IMG/VR virus record: IMGVR_UViG_3300028048_000091
Location: 32,001-96,000 of that record
DNA length: 64,000 nucleotides
Reading direction: 5' to 3' (one strand)
Origin: a virus
Lineage: Duplodnaviria > Caudoviricetes
Made by a program: the position numbers and the translations under genes. This document shows positions 55,060 to 64,000 of this stretch, piece after piece. Below the pieces are notes generated by a model that did no database searches, was not told the origin of the DNA, and saw nothing but the letters and a program-made list of their open reading frames with translations. Each line of letters opens with the position of its first letter. The first letter of the stretch is position 1.

Positions 55060-55114
55060 CAAAGGTAATACAAATTTTCCGCACTACCAAATAATTTTCG
55101 TTAAAAAGTGTTAA
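55060..55114 (-). promoter_or_regulatory. Bacteroidota-type promoter inside an 11-bp inverted repeat
   Basis: TAccTTTG 55060-55067, TTTGG 55087-55091; inverted repeat TTTGGTAGTGC/GCACTACCAAA. Confidence 0.75.
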
Positions 55115-55590
55115 TCATCTGAATGTTTTTTAAGATACTCACTTACCAGTGTCCATTTCTTAACATCATAACCATCACGGACATACCATTTGCCATCTTC
55201 ATCGAAGAGATATTGCCATTCTTCACTAACACGTGGGCACTCATCGGTAAAGTTTGGAAGCAAATCTTCATATTGTTCATCACGGTCTTCCATTGCAACA
55301 TAGCCTGTTACATCAGAATCTACACTACTTGCATCGCCACCAAGGATGAGATTTAACACCTTATCGTAAGTGTCCCAATACTTCACAAGTGAAGTGCCAA
55401 GTCCCTCTGGGTAACTATCCCAATGTTGGTAGATTTCAGCATACTTCTTGCTTAACTCTACTTCGAAACACTTGGTTTCATACTTCTTAATTCTCTCTTC
55501 ATCCTTAGTAAGATAAGTAGGATTAACCTTTACCTTTTTGCCAAGGTCTTCATCCTTAATCTTAATTACAATTGTTCCTCTTGTAGCCAT
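55111..55590 (-). CDS. Hypothetical phage protein (Y.HWD.YP..LG family)
   Basis: MATRG.I, IYQHWDSYPEGLG, EWQYLF. Confidence 0.7.
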   Translation of the reverse strand: MATRGTIVIKIKDEDLGKKVKVNPTYLTKDEERIKKYETKCFEVELSKKYAEIYQHWDSYPEGLGTSLVKYWDTYDKVLNLILGGDASSVDSDVTGYVAMEDRDEQYEDLLPNFTDECPRVSEEWQYLFDEDGKWYVRDGYDVKKWTLVSEYLKKHSDD

Positions 55591-55608
55591 AATATTATCC
55601 TATTTTAA

Positions 55609-56679
55609 TCAATTAAAATAACTTCTCTTGGCAGGGGCTTTTTCAGATGTATTAACCTCAATTGGTACTTGTTCCTCATACCTTGCACTATTAAGTGAAT
55701 TAAGGTCAAACATAGCCTTTTGATTCTCGATAGCCTTTGTCTTATATGTTTCCGTATTATTTGTACTGAACAAACCGTCGATACCCTCATTTTCATACTT
55801 CTGAAGCAACTGTGCGGCCTTTTCCGATGTTACACCGTCCTCAACACTAATCTGTGAGAGCAAACCACCGGTCTCGTCAATGACATTAGACATTTCACCA
55901 AGTCGCATAGAAATATCGTAAGCCATGTAGTCCATTGCATGAGTGAAGTCCTCCAAATCATCAGGATTGCCCTTAATGATAGACATAATTGAAGAGAATG
56001 CCTTATGCTGTGCTTTGATTGACTCATATTCCTCCTTACGGTCATTAACCTCATTTTCAGTGTCAACAACAACCAAATCAGCACGCTCTTTCAACTTTTT
56101 AAGGATTTCCATCCATTTCTTTGAGTCTTCCAGACGCTTTGACTGCCTCTCAACAGCACCTTGCAGACGTACTACCTGACGTTCTGTAACTTTTGCACGG
56201 TCAAGCATATTGCGCTGCTCATACTGCTTAAGCATACCAAGTTGTTTCTCCAATTCAGCCTTTTTATCATCAACTCTACGTTGATTCTGCGTAATAAGAC
56301 CCTTGATATTACCCATCTGTTTCTCGATTACCGAGATTTTCTCCTTCATTTCCTTAACCTTAGCCTCTACAATGGCAATTGGGTCAATTTCGATGATAAG
56401 ACCTGTAATCTTACGCATAATAAGGAAATACACCATTGATACCGTTTTCCTAAACCTCTTATCCGAAATAAGGAATGCAATGCCGGCCAATACAGCCACA
56501 AGCATACCAAGTGTAATGATATTGGTTGTCAGTGTAATAAGAAACGGCAGAATCTTATACAACAGGATAGCGCCACCGGCCACAGCACCGCCAGCTACTA
56601 TCAAGCCAAGTGTACCACCCGGCTTCTCCCAAGGTGAAATTTTAGTCTGTGAATCGTTTGTCACAATTAAATCATTCAT
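55609..56679 (-). CDS. Membrane-anchored coiled-coil protein (PspA-like)
   Basis: Two N-terminal TM segments, DP, long coiled coil. Confidence 0.65.
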   Translation of the reverse strand: MNDLIVTNDSQTKISPWEKPGGTLGLIVAGGAVAGGAILLYKILPFLITLTTNIITLGMLVAVLAGIAFLISDKRFRKTVSMVYFLIMRKITGLIIEIDPIAIVEAKVKEMKEKISVIEKQMGNIKGLITQNQRRVDDKKAELEKQLGMLKQYEQRNMLDRAKVTERQVVRLQGAVERQSKRLEDSKKWMEILKKLKERADLVVVDTENEVNDRKEEYESIKAQHKAFSSIMSIIKGNPDDLEDFTHAMDYMAYDISMRLGEMSNVIDETGGLLSQISVEDGVTSEKAAQLLQKYENEGIDGLFSTNNTETYKTKAIENQKAMFDLNSLNSARYEEQVPIEVNTSEKAPAKRSYFN

Positions 56680-56706
56680 GTCTTTCTATTCTTTTTTATT
56701 AGTTAA

Positions 56707-57405
56707 TTAATCTTGAAGAATTGAATCAAGTTGCGCCTTATCATCCAAAAGTTTCTTAACAAATACATCAAATGTGTAGTTGAAATTAGCCTTCTTGATG
56801 TTATGCTCATTCTTAGCGTTCGCAATCTTCGTCTTCTGTTCAGCAACAAATTGAATCTTGTCTTGGAGCTTCTTTTGCAGTGTTACGATTTCCTCCTGTG
56901 CAGCTGTAACCTCATTTTCAGGATTCTCAACATTCTCAACCCACTTTGTGCGTAGTTCCTCCAAACCGTTCTGTCGCTCATTCTCAAGTATCTTAACATA
57001 ACTATCAATACTGTCAAGTACAACCTTTTTAGTTAACTGTGGGGCAGTAGCCTTGATACTAATGTATGCTGTCATGAAACGAGCCTTCTCATCAGGGATA
57101 ACAGCCTTAATCGCATCATTCTGTGCAGCCTTGGTAAGTTCAACATAGTCAGGTCCGGGAATATTGCTTTCCTCTACAACCTCACAAAGTTGTTCAAACA
57201 GTTTATTGTCAAGTTGTCCTTGAATCGTACCGTCTGAATTTACTACAGGTTGTCCAACTGGCGATGCAGATTGAACCGGCGTTGCCATAACAGGTGAAAC
57301 GATTGAAGCCGGAGGTGTACTCTGACCTTCATTTACTTGTGACTCTTCATCTTGTACTTCAACAAATGCACTTGCAATTGTCTTGAAAAAATTTCCTTTT
57401 GTCAT
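56707..57405 (-). CDS. Hypothetical coiled-coil protein associated with the ABC/OmpA cluster
   Basis: N.PGPDY.E motif and C-terminal coiled coil. Confidence 0.65.
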   Translation of the reverse strand: MTKGNFFKTIASAFVEVQDEESQVNEGQSTPPASIVSPVMATPVQSASPVGQPVVNSDGTIQGQLDNKLFEQLCEVVEESNIPGPDYVELTKAAQNDAIKAVIPDEKARFMTAYISIKATAPQLTKKVVLDSIDSYVKILENERQNGLEELRTKWVENVENPENEVTAAQEEIVTLQKKLQDKIQFVAEQKTKIANAKNEHNIKKANFNYTFDVFVKKLLDDKAQLDSILQD

Positions 57406-57435
57406 AGTTTTTATATTTTTCTCTTAATTTTTGTG

Positions 57436-57480
57436 CAAAGATACTATAAAATTTTGAAAGCACCAAATATTTTCTGTTAA
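57436..57480 (-). promoter_or_regulatory. Bacteroidota-type promoter
   Basis: TAtcTTTG 57436-57443, TTTGG 57463-57467. Confidence 0.75.
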
Positions 57481-57722
57481 TGTTTATTAAATTTCTTCGC
57501 TTTCTTATATAATTTATATGCCCCATATAAAGCCCATATACAGAACAGATATAAAGGTAATTCAAAAAATAAAAACCATTTCAGATTAAATCCAATAGTA
57601 CCATAATGCCCAACAATTGCAAATAGAATTCCAAAAAATGCAAGAGTTAGAACAAGAGGTTTGGTAAAATCCTCAAAATGTTGATGTAAAAACCCGCCAA
57701 TTAAATTAATTAATTTTTTCAT
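57477..57722 (-). CDS. Small two-TM membrane protein
   Basis: Hydrophobic, basic C-tail; promoter at 57750-57781. Confidence 0.6.
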   Translation of the reverse strand: MKKLINLIGGFLHQHFEDFTKPLVLTLAFFGILFAIVGHYGTIGFNLKWFLFFELPLYLFCIWALYGAYKLYKKAKKFNKH

Positions 57723-57839
57723 AATTGATGTATATTATTAAAAACGATACAAAGGTACAAAATTATTCTGAAATAGCCAAATAATTCACCTTAAAGATTG
57801 TTAAAACGAATATTTATTTGTATATAAACAGCATAAAAG

Positions 57840-58475
57840 ATGATTATTTTAATAGACAACGGGCACGGTCAAGACTGTCCAGGCAAGCAATCGCCAAAAC
57901 TTGATAGTTCTATAATTGTTTCAAGTGAATTTACTGAAAACGGACGTTTTAAGGAGTGGAAATATACTAGGGTTATTGCAGATATGCTTGTTACGAAACT
58001 CAAAGCAATGGGTTATGACGCAAGATTACTTGTTACCGAAAAAAAAGACATATCTCTTGGTGAAAGGGTTAAGAGGGTTAACGCAATTTGCAATAAAAGT
58101 GGCGTTTCCAACGTAATAATGATTTCAGTCCATGCAAATGCTGTTGGTGACAGTACCAAATGGATGACCGGACAAGGATGGGAAGCATATACAACAAGAG
58201 GTAAAACAAAATCCGATGTTCTTGCTGAATATCTTTACAAAAGGGCAGAGAAAAACTTCAAAGGAAGAAAAATACGTAAGGATACATCAGACGGAGATAG
58301 TGATAAAGAAGCAGGTTTCTATATTATCAAAAACGCAAAATGTCCTGCCGTATTAACTGAGAATTTCTTCTATGATAACAAGGATGACCTTAAATACATG
58401 GTTTCAGAAGAAGGTATTCATGCGGTAGTAAGAACACATATTGAGGGAATAATTGATTACATTAACAATAAATAA
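57840..58475 (+). CDS. N-acetylmuramoyl-L-alanine amidase (Amidase_3), probable endolysin
   Basis: IDNGHG, E, SVHANA, PAVLTEN.F.DN. Confidence 0.92.
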   Translation: MIILIDNGHGQDCPGKQSPKLDSSIIVSSEFTENGRFKEWKYTRVIADMLVTKLKAMGYDARLLVTEKKDISLGERVKRVNAICNKSGVSNVIMISVHANAVGDSTKWMTGQGWEAYTTRGKTKSDVLAEYLYKRAEKNFKGRKIRKDTSDGDSDKEAGFYIIKNAKCPAVLTENFFYDNKDDLKYMVSEEGIHAVVRTHIEGIIDYINNK

Positions 58476-58483
58476 AGGAAAAA

Positions 58484-58672
58484 ATGGAATTATTGAAGAT
58501 AGTATCGGAAGATGGATGGTGGGCGTTAAAAGACAATTCACAAAGATATCATTACGTGGCATATTTGCTAGAAGAAAAAGATGTTTATTGCTACCATCTT
58601 GTTGATGATGATTGGAACGAAATATATATTCCGACAACAAAGGATATAATTCGCAAAAAAATTGATATTTAA
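58484..58672 (+). CDS. Hypothetical protein
   Basis: 62-aa ORF after the amidase. Confidence 0.5.
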   Translation: MELLKIVSEDGWWALKDNSQRYHYVAYLLEEKDVYCYHLVDDDWNEIYIPTTKDIIRKKIDI

Positions 58673-58702
58673 AAAGGTGGACTCTTAATTGAATCCACCT
58701 TT
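58671..58702. terminator. Terminator between convergent genes
   Basis: AAAGGTGGA...TCCACCTTT. Confidence 0.75.
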
Positions 58703-58713
58703 ATCTGTTTGAG

Positions 58714-59598
58714 TTATGCAGCGCCAACTTTTAATGGCTCTAAAACGGTTGATGTTCTTAATACTCTTAGGCCTTCTGAATAATAGTTTTTTGCAGTTCT
58801 TAAATCCATATCTTCAAGATTATTAGTATTAATTGCATTCTTGATGTATTTCATTGCACTTTTAAGTTTATCTAATGCTTCTTGGGGATATTCATTGACT
58901 AATTCATCATCCTTCATAGTTACAAAAAAGCCAATAATACTTGCTTGTCTTTTTATTTCAGAACGCATCATATTAAACTTTTGCCACAAACGTTCTTGTT
59001 CAGTTTGAGACTCTGTAATTGTAGTACCAATGCTATCAACAAAACGCTTTACATCATTATTTAATGTATTTTTTAAAAATTCAAATATATCTGAATTTTT
59101 AAACCCAAAAATGGTTTTAGTTTCTATTTTATCACCAATCTTACGTTTATAATGGTAATCATCAACAGCATCTATGTGCATTGTCTCAATATATAATGTT
59201 GCAAATCTTGACGGTACATTGAAGCCACCTAATCTTTTACACATATCCTCAATTTTTCCACTTGCTTCAATCCAAACCCATTGGTTCCAATTAACAATGT
59301 TATAATGAATTATCATTTCTAAAAGTTTAACAGCAGCATCGTGGCGGCCATCTTTTACACAAGTTGCGCCAACGCATTTGTTTCCACCAATATAGCCATT
59401 GTATACAGTAACAGTAACAAGTTCGCCATCACAGTATCCAAGAGTAAAAAATGGTGATTTCTTAATCATGTCAGTACGTGAAGCAAAACCTTTAAAGCCA
59501 CCAAGTTTTTCATAGCCACTTTGTAAAATTGACCATATTACATCTTTATTATTACGTATATGGGCTTTGTCTTCTTCATTTGACATGTCATATTTCAT
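58714..59598 (-). CDS. Hypothetical phage protein
   Basis: 294-aa ORF; promoter TAtaTTTG at 59631-59638. Confidence 0.65.
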   Translation of the reverse strand: MKYDMSNEEDKAHIRNNKDVIWSILQSGYEKLGGFKGFASRTDMIKKSPFFTLGYCDGELVTVTVYNGYIGGNKCVGATCVKDGRHDAAVKLLEMIIHYNIVNWNQWVWIEASGKIEDMCKRLGGFNVPSRFATLYIETMHIDAVDDYHYKRKIGDKIETKTIFGFKNSDIFEFLKNTLNNDVKRFVDSIGTTITESQTEQERLWQKFNMMRSEIKRQASIIGFFVTMKDDELVNEYPQEALDKLKSAMKYIKNAINTNNLEDMDLRTAKNYYSEGLRVLRTSTVLEPLKVGAA

Positions 59599-59681
59599 AA
59601 TATTATATATTATATTAATTATTTACGTTACAAATATACTACAAAAAACTGAGACTACAAAATAATCTCAGTTAATTTTTG

Positions 59682-60479
59682 TTAATCATTAAGACTTCTT
59701 ACCTCATATATTGTTAATAGTGGATTTCCCTTGATATTCTTAATGTATTTATCATAGAAATTAGCAACCCAATCCTTATCTGAAATCTGATAAGTCACTT
59801 CATCATATCCGTTTTCTGTAATCACACCATAGCACCAGAATGAACATGAATGCCTGATATATTCATCCTTATCCTTAAAATTAAGGAAATATCCAAGTTT
59901 TCCAATCATATTTGTCTTAATTCTTTCCTCTTTTTCATCCTTTGGGTCATCATCATCCACAACAAGTTCCCATGCACGTTTGTATATCTCTGTTTCCTTT
60001 TCATACATGTGCATCCTCTCCCAACAGATATCCTTATATCTTGCTGAATATGACTTTGTGGCATCATTAAGCCAAAACGGATTACTGAAAGGACCTTCTT
60101 CATTATGGTTCTTGAGTCTTTCCTCATAACACTTCTCATAACGATAATGACCTTCAGGGTTTTCATCCGTTAAGGCATCACCTGTTTCCTCATCATAATA
60201 ACAACCCTTGGTGTAATATTGATAGTATTCAAAATCAGTCATCTCCTTGATATTGAGGTATAATTTCTTATAGTTTTCCCTCTGTGTTTCACTAATTTCA
60301 AGTTCCTTACTATCCAATATTGCCTCTATAAGTTTAAGAAAAGACTTATGCAATTTTTCTGCATCATCTAACTTGCACTTAACATACCGTTCAACCTTGG
60401 TATCAGCTGAATATTTCTTGATTAATTCCTCATGGTTATCACCAATAACCAATACTGTTCTAAAAACACTTCTTGCCAT
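59682..60479 (-). CDS. Hypothetical phage protein
   Basis: 265-aa ORF. Confidence 0.65.
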   Translation of the reverse strand: MARSVFRTVLVIGDNHEELIKKYSADTKVERYVKCKLDDAEKLHKSFLKLIEAILDSKELEISETQRENYKKLYLNIKEMTDFEYYQYYTKGCYYDEETGDALTDENPEGHYRYEKCYEERLKNHNEEGPFSNPFWLNDATKSYSARYKDICWERMHMYEKETEIYKRAWELVVDDDDPKDEKEERIKTNMIGKLGYFLNFKDKDEYIRHSCSFWCYGVITENGYDEVTYQISDKDWVANFYDKYIKNIKGNPLLTIYEVRSLND

Positions 60480-60501
60480 ATATAATATTTAACTTTTTTT
60501 C

Positions 60502-61398
60502 TTATTTTACAGGATGTTTAAACTCCACGTTATCAAAGATAACCTTTGGAATCGTCTTCTCAAATTTCTTCTTTATATTTGATGCACGATGTCTTAACCA
60601 CCTTGCTACATCTGAAAAACTCTTGTATTTCCTTAATGCAGACTTATTAAATTCAGATAATATCAGTTGTTTATCCTTTTCGTCATTGGTATTAATTAAT
60701 TTTTGAATATTCGTTAATACCTGTATATAGTCCTTGTATACCTGTGTATTTCTTATGTATTTGTATGCATCACTAACGCTTCCAATCTTTATTCCATCAA
60801 CTTGTAGCATACCGGCAATCTGTGCGATATATGCACCACGCTCAAAATTATTTGAATAATAAATAATGTCCGCAATTATTTTTCTAAGTTCTGTATCATT
60901 GCCTTCTTGTGAGCCATAATAGTTTTCACGTTCAAGTTGGTAAAAAAGTCTATCACCCCTTTTGTACATTTCAGCATCCTGATAAGCATGGGTTAATTCA
61001 TGCATTATTAAAGGAATGATATCATCATTATTGATACAGTTAGGGTTGACTCTAATTACTAATTTTAAAATATTGAAATGTTTATTAAAAATTGTTTCGT
61101 CAGGGTCATAAGCCATTATATCAATACTACTATCCGAAATAAGTTTAACTTTATTAACGAATTTATTATCTTTAAATGTTACAAAAATTTCCTCTTTCTT
61201 GCTAAGTGATGGTATTTCTTCTGCTATTTGTTTAGCCAAGTCATAGCAGCCATCAAATACACCATATTGTTCTAACAATATTTTGTTATAACTTTCTGAA
61301 TTAAGATGCTCTAATAGTGTTCCATGTAAAGGTTTTCTATAGTAGAACTCAATGAATAGATGAGTTTGAAAATCTCTTTCAAATATATTATTTTCCAT
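60502..61398 (-). CDS. Putative zincin metallopeptidase
   Basis: HELTHAYQD and FERGAYIAQ. Confidence 0.65.
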   Translation of the reverse strand: MENNIFERDFQTHLFIEFYYRKPLHGTLLEHLNSESYNKILLEQYGVFDGCYDLAKQIAEEIPSLSKKEEIFVTFKDNKFVNKVKLISDSSIDIMAYDPDETIFNKHFNILKLVIRVNPNCINNDDIIPLIMHELTHAYQDAEMYKRGDRLFYQLERENYYGSQEGNDTELRKIIADIIYYSNNFERGAYIAQIAGMLQVDGIKIGSVSDAYKYIRNTQVYKDYIQVLTNIQKLINTNDEKDKQLILSEFNKSALRKYKSFSDVARWLRHRASNIKKKFEKTIPKVIFDNVEFKHPVK

Positions 61399-61403
61399 AT
61401 TAA

Positions 61404-62366
61404 TTAATATCTTCTTATTGATTTTGTAACTGGTTGCATTAATGTTCTTATCATTCTTAAATGCTCATTCGCTATTTTTGGTAAAATTGTATTAAACTTA
61501 TTATTATATCTGTTTAACTTTCCTTTTAACCATTGGACAAATTGTGTATAATCTTTGAATTGATAATTAGACAATTCCTTTACTTCATCAAGAACAAATT
61601 CTTGTAACTCTTCGTCTTTTAGATTGATTAATTCATTTGTCCATTCGAAGACTGTTTCACAGTTCTTATATACTATTGTATTCTTTAAAAAGTTAAATAC
61701 GTCATTTATTGTTGAAAATCGTTGCTTGCAATTATCAAGATACCCTGCTATTTGTGCTATATATGCAGACCGTTCGAAATCATTGAAATGATATAATACC
61801 CAAGACAGATTATATTTAAGTTCTCTTTTCCTTTTATCCTTAATTGCAAAATCCTCAGAATAATCTGTCTTATTCTTATCGTAGCCTATTTTCTTAAATT
61901 CGTTTTCAAGCGAGAGACCTTTTAACCTTAATTGATAATCTTGATATGCATGCATTAATTCATGCATCAAAAGTGATAAACCATCTGATGTATTAGTAAA
62001 ATTTGGATTAAATAATATATAAATTGTTTTGAATTTATCATTAACAAACACGCTATCTTCAGGAATATATGCTGCTTCACCATTTTGATAGTTTAATGCT
62101 ACTTTAATCTGTTCAAGCCACGGACAATGTTTTATACTAAAATTGGCCGTTTTCTTTCCATTGTTTGATTTAATAAAGTCCAATAACTGATATGCAAGGT
62201 TTTTGCAACCTTTAAAGACACCATAGTTTTCTAATAATACTTCTTCGTTTAACTGTCTGTCACTTTGCTCAAGTATAAACAGTTTACCATTATTGTTATA
62301 ATAAAACTCAATAAATAGATGCGCTCTGAAGCTTTCTTCTAATATGTCTTGTATTTCTTTAGCCAT
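61404..62366 (-). CDS. Putative zincin metallopeptidase (tandem paralog)
   Basis: HELMHAYQD and FERSAYIAQ; shared HLFIEFYY leader. Confidence 0.65.
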   Translation of the reverse strand: MAKEIQDILEESFRAHLFIEFYYNNNGKLFILEQSDRQLNEEVLLENYGVFKGCKNLAYQLLDFIKSNNGKKTANFSIKHCPWLEQIKVALNYQNGEAAYIPEDSVFVNDKFKTIYILFNPNFTNTSDGLSLLMHELMHAYQDYQLRLKGLSLENEFKKIGYDKNKTDYSEDFAIKDKRKRELKYNLSWVLYHFNDFERSAYIAQIAGYLDNCKQRFSTINDVFNFLKNTIVYKNCETVFEWTNELINLKDEELQEFVLDEVKELSNYQFKDYTQFVQWLKGKLNRYNNKFNTILPKIANEHLRMIRTLMQPVTKSIRRY

Positions 62367-62426
62367 AAAAATCTGCTATACTAATTAAGTATTAATATAA
62401 CAGATTTAACCATAAAAATCAAGGGT

Positions 62427-62876
62427 TTAACGTTCTAATTTGCGACGTTTATCCCAGCTAATAAGCCATACAGAAGCATTATTGATTTCCTCAATACGGT
62501 CATGTAATGGAATGAATTTGAAACCATTATCCCTAAACGGCTTAAAAATCTCATCCACATATGGAACCATATCTTCGTCAAAGTCAACCATTGCATAATA
62601 TGAATGGAACTTATCCTCATTGGCATTTGCATACAGATTAGGTGATATGCATCGTTTAATTTCAAGAGCAATATGATTCTGTGCCACAGTGATATACTCA
62701 TCAAGTGAAGTAATGTCACCATACTTTGTTCTGAAATAAGCCTCTTGTGCAGTTAAAGGCTTTTCATTCCGATGCCAAGGGAAGATTGATTTCATACAAC
62801 GGTTAAAAAAACGATGTTTCTTTGCATCCTCTTCGGCTTTTGTCATAATGTTCTCTACGTCTCCTTCGTAACTCAT
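62427..62876 (-). CDS. Hypothetical protein
   Basis: 149-aa ORF. Confidence 0.6.
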   Translation of the reverse strand: MSYEGDVENIMTKAEEDAKKHRFFNRCMKSIFPWHRNEKPLTAQEAYFRTKYGDITSLDEYITVAQNHIALEIKRCISPNLYANANEDKFHSYYAMVDFDEDMVPYVDEIFKPFRDNGFKFIPLHDRIEEINNASVWLISWDKRRKLER

Positions 62877-62914
62877 ATTTATTTTTCTTTTATTTTAAAG
62901 GCATCTATATAGTA

Positions 62915-63364
62915 TTAGTTATATGCTACATAATAGGTTTTACCACAATACTCAACCTCTTCAAACTCATACCACACAGCGTTCTTACCTGTATTCTTAG
63001 CCACGTAGTTTGACAAGGCGTTCTTATCAGTGTCAATGAAGAACGTATTAGCGGTAATAGTGGAAAGCGATGGTCTAAATGCACTCTTGTTATCTGCAAT
63101 AAACTTATCAACCATTTCCTCAGTACCATACTTCTTCAGTATATCAAGAGCATATTCATAGTTGCCTCGACCAATTGAATATGTAATACTCCTTGTGCAT
63201 CCACGAGTGTTCTTTACAAATCTTACACGGCTCTTAGTTACTTGTGTAAAGTCTACATCAAGTTCCAACTCTCTCACATCACTAATGGCAAATGTCCTTG
63301 CCAACACTTTCAATCCTAATTCTTTATCCATACTTTCAAATAATTTTTTAATTCTTTCAAACAT
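62915..63364 (-). CDS. Hypothetical protein
   Basis: 149-aa ORF. Confidence 0.6.
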   Translation of the reverse strand: MFERIKKLFESMDKELGLKVLARTFAISDVRELELDVDFTQVTKSRVRFVKNTRGCTRSITYSIGRGNYEYALDILKKYGTEEMVDKFIADNKSAFRPSLSTITANTFFIDTDKNALSNYVAKNTGKNAVWYEFEEVEYCGKTYYVAYN

Positions 63365-63366
63365 TT

Positions 63367-63636
63367 TTAATAATATGAAGGTCTTTGTAAAATTAAGTCA
63401 ACCAATGCTTCCTTTGATAGGTGAAGAAGTTTTGCCCTCTTCTTCTCATAATCACTAAGTCTTTCTTCATAGGTCTGTGCAACAAACGATGTTGATATAG
63501 TATCAGTTCTATTTGCTGCTGAGGCTGCTGTCAAAGACATACATTCTGCTGTGTCATGATTGAAACGAGGACATTTCTGACACATATTTAATCCCTTATA
63601 GGGGCAATCATCTGGTTCGTACATAATAAAAGTCAA
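63367..63636 (-). CDS. Hypothetical Cys-rich protein
   Basis: 89-aa ORF; start uncertain. Confidence 0.5.
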   Translation of the reverse strand: MTFIMYEPDDCPYKGLNMCQKCPRFNHDTAECMSLTAASAANRTDTISTSFVAQTYEERLSDYEKKRAKLLHLSKEALVDLILQRPSYY

Positions 63637-63658
63637 TTAGTATAATTTATTATCGTAC

Positions 63659-63991
63659 TCATTCGAGTACATGGTCACGATATTTCAACTTCCACATGCG
63701 TTCATCCAAAGCATCCTCGCATGAAGTCTTCGCGTTAAGCATCATTTCATCCTCAGTGGTCTCTTCAAACAGAAGGTCATAGTTCTCAAAAAGATAATTT
63801 TCCATAATGTCGAAAGATTCCTCATGTAAACCATTATTCGCATTATACTCAGGTTTAATGTACGAACATAGTGTGAAAAGATAGCAATTGCTTCTAAGTA
63901 ACTTATATGGGAAGATATACATCACCGGAATAGGATTACCCTTTTCATCCATTTTACTTACTTTCCAGAATTTGAAAAGAAGTTTATTCAC
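63659..63991 (-). CDS. Hypothetical protein (may start at or beyond the window edge)
   Basis: 110-aa ORF. Confidence 0.55.
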   Translation of the reverse strand: MNKLLFKFWKVSKMDEKGNPIPVMYIFPYKLLRSNCYLFTLCSYIKPEYNANNGLHEESFDIMENYLFENYDLLFEETTEDEMMLNAKTSCEDALDERMWKLKYRDHVLE

Positions 63992-64000
63992 CTCTTCATA

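Noticed and set aside
57477-57722. Holin for the adjacent amidase
   Set aside because: Divergently transcribed from a host-type promoter; only hydrophobicity supports it.
58714-59598. GNAT-like acetyltransferase call
   Set aside because: No convincing acetyl-CoA-binding motif could be identified by eye.
1-64000. Alternative genetic code (TAG reassigned, as in some Lak and crAss-like phages)
   Set aside because: Long genes are intact under code 11, and TAG stops (3596, 5275, 13657, 36327) fall at natural gene boundaries.
1-64000. DGR reverse transcriptase or template repeat in the window
   Set aside because: No ORF with RT motifs and no third, A-rich copy of either VR was seen by eye.

Overview
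This is an AT-rich, gene-dense fragment of a large (jumbo-type) bacteriophage infecting Bacteroidota, probably a Prevotella/Bacteroides-like host. The host call rests on at least 13 intergenic minus-strand promoters with the TAnnTTTG (-7) box, most also with a TTTG (-33) box. Genetic code 11 fits. Almost all genes are on the minus strand and the region is accessory: no capsid, terminase or replicative polymerase genes were seen. Recognisable genes are metK, fmt, a CCA-type tRNA nucleotidyltransferase, YqeY, three DNA methyltransferase-like genes, an MjaI-like nuclease, an HNH endonuclease, a 5'-nucleotidase, an ASCH protein, a Pol-beta nucleotidyltransferase, an ABC importer with an OmpA-fused binding protein, an amidase, three HExxH proteins and three TnpB elements (two IS607, one IS200/IS605). 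Main observations: (1) a candidate SAM-control module, with a SAM-II-like riboswitch in front of phage metK and a T3 SAMase-like SAM lyase about 0.8 kb downstream; (2) a DGR target with two variable repeats, plus a probable second, different DGR target, with no RT or template repeat seen in the window; (3) two unrelated plus-strand genes bracketed by the same 5' hairpin and 3' 31-bp motif, like cassettes; (4) a 204-nt tRNA-like RNA with expanded arms; (5) an orphan omegaRNA-like RNA and nested mini-IS ends; (6) arrays of small genes built from shuffled modules. All calls come from reading the sequence by eye; no searches were run.
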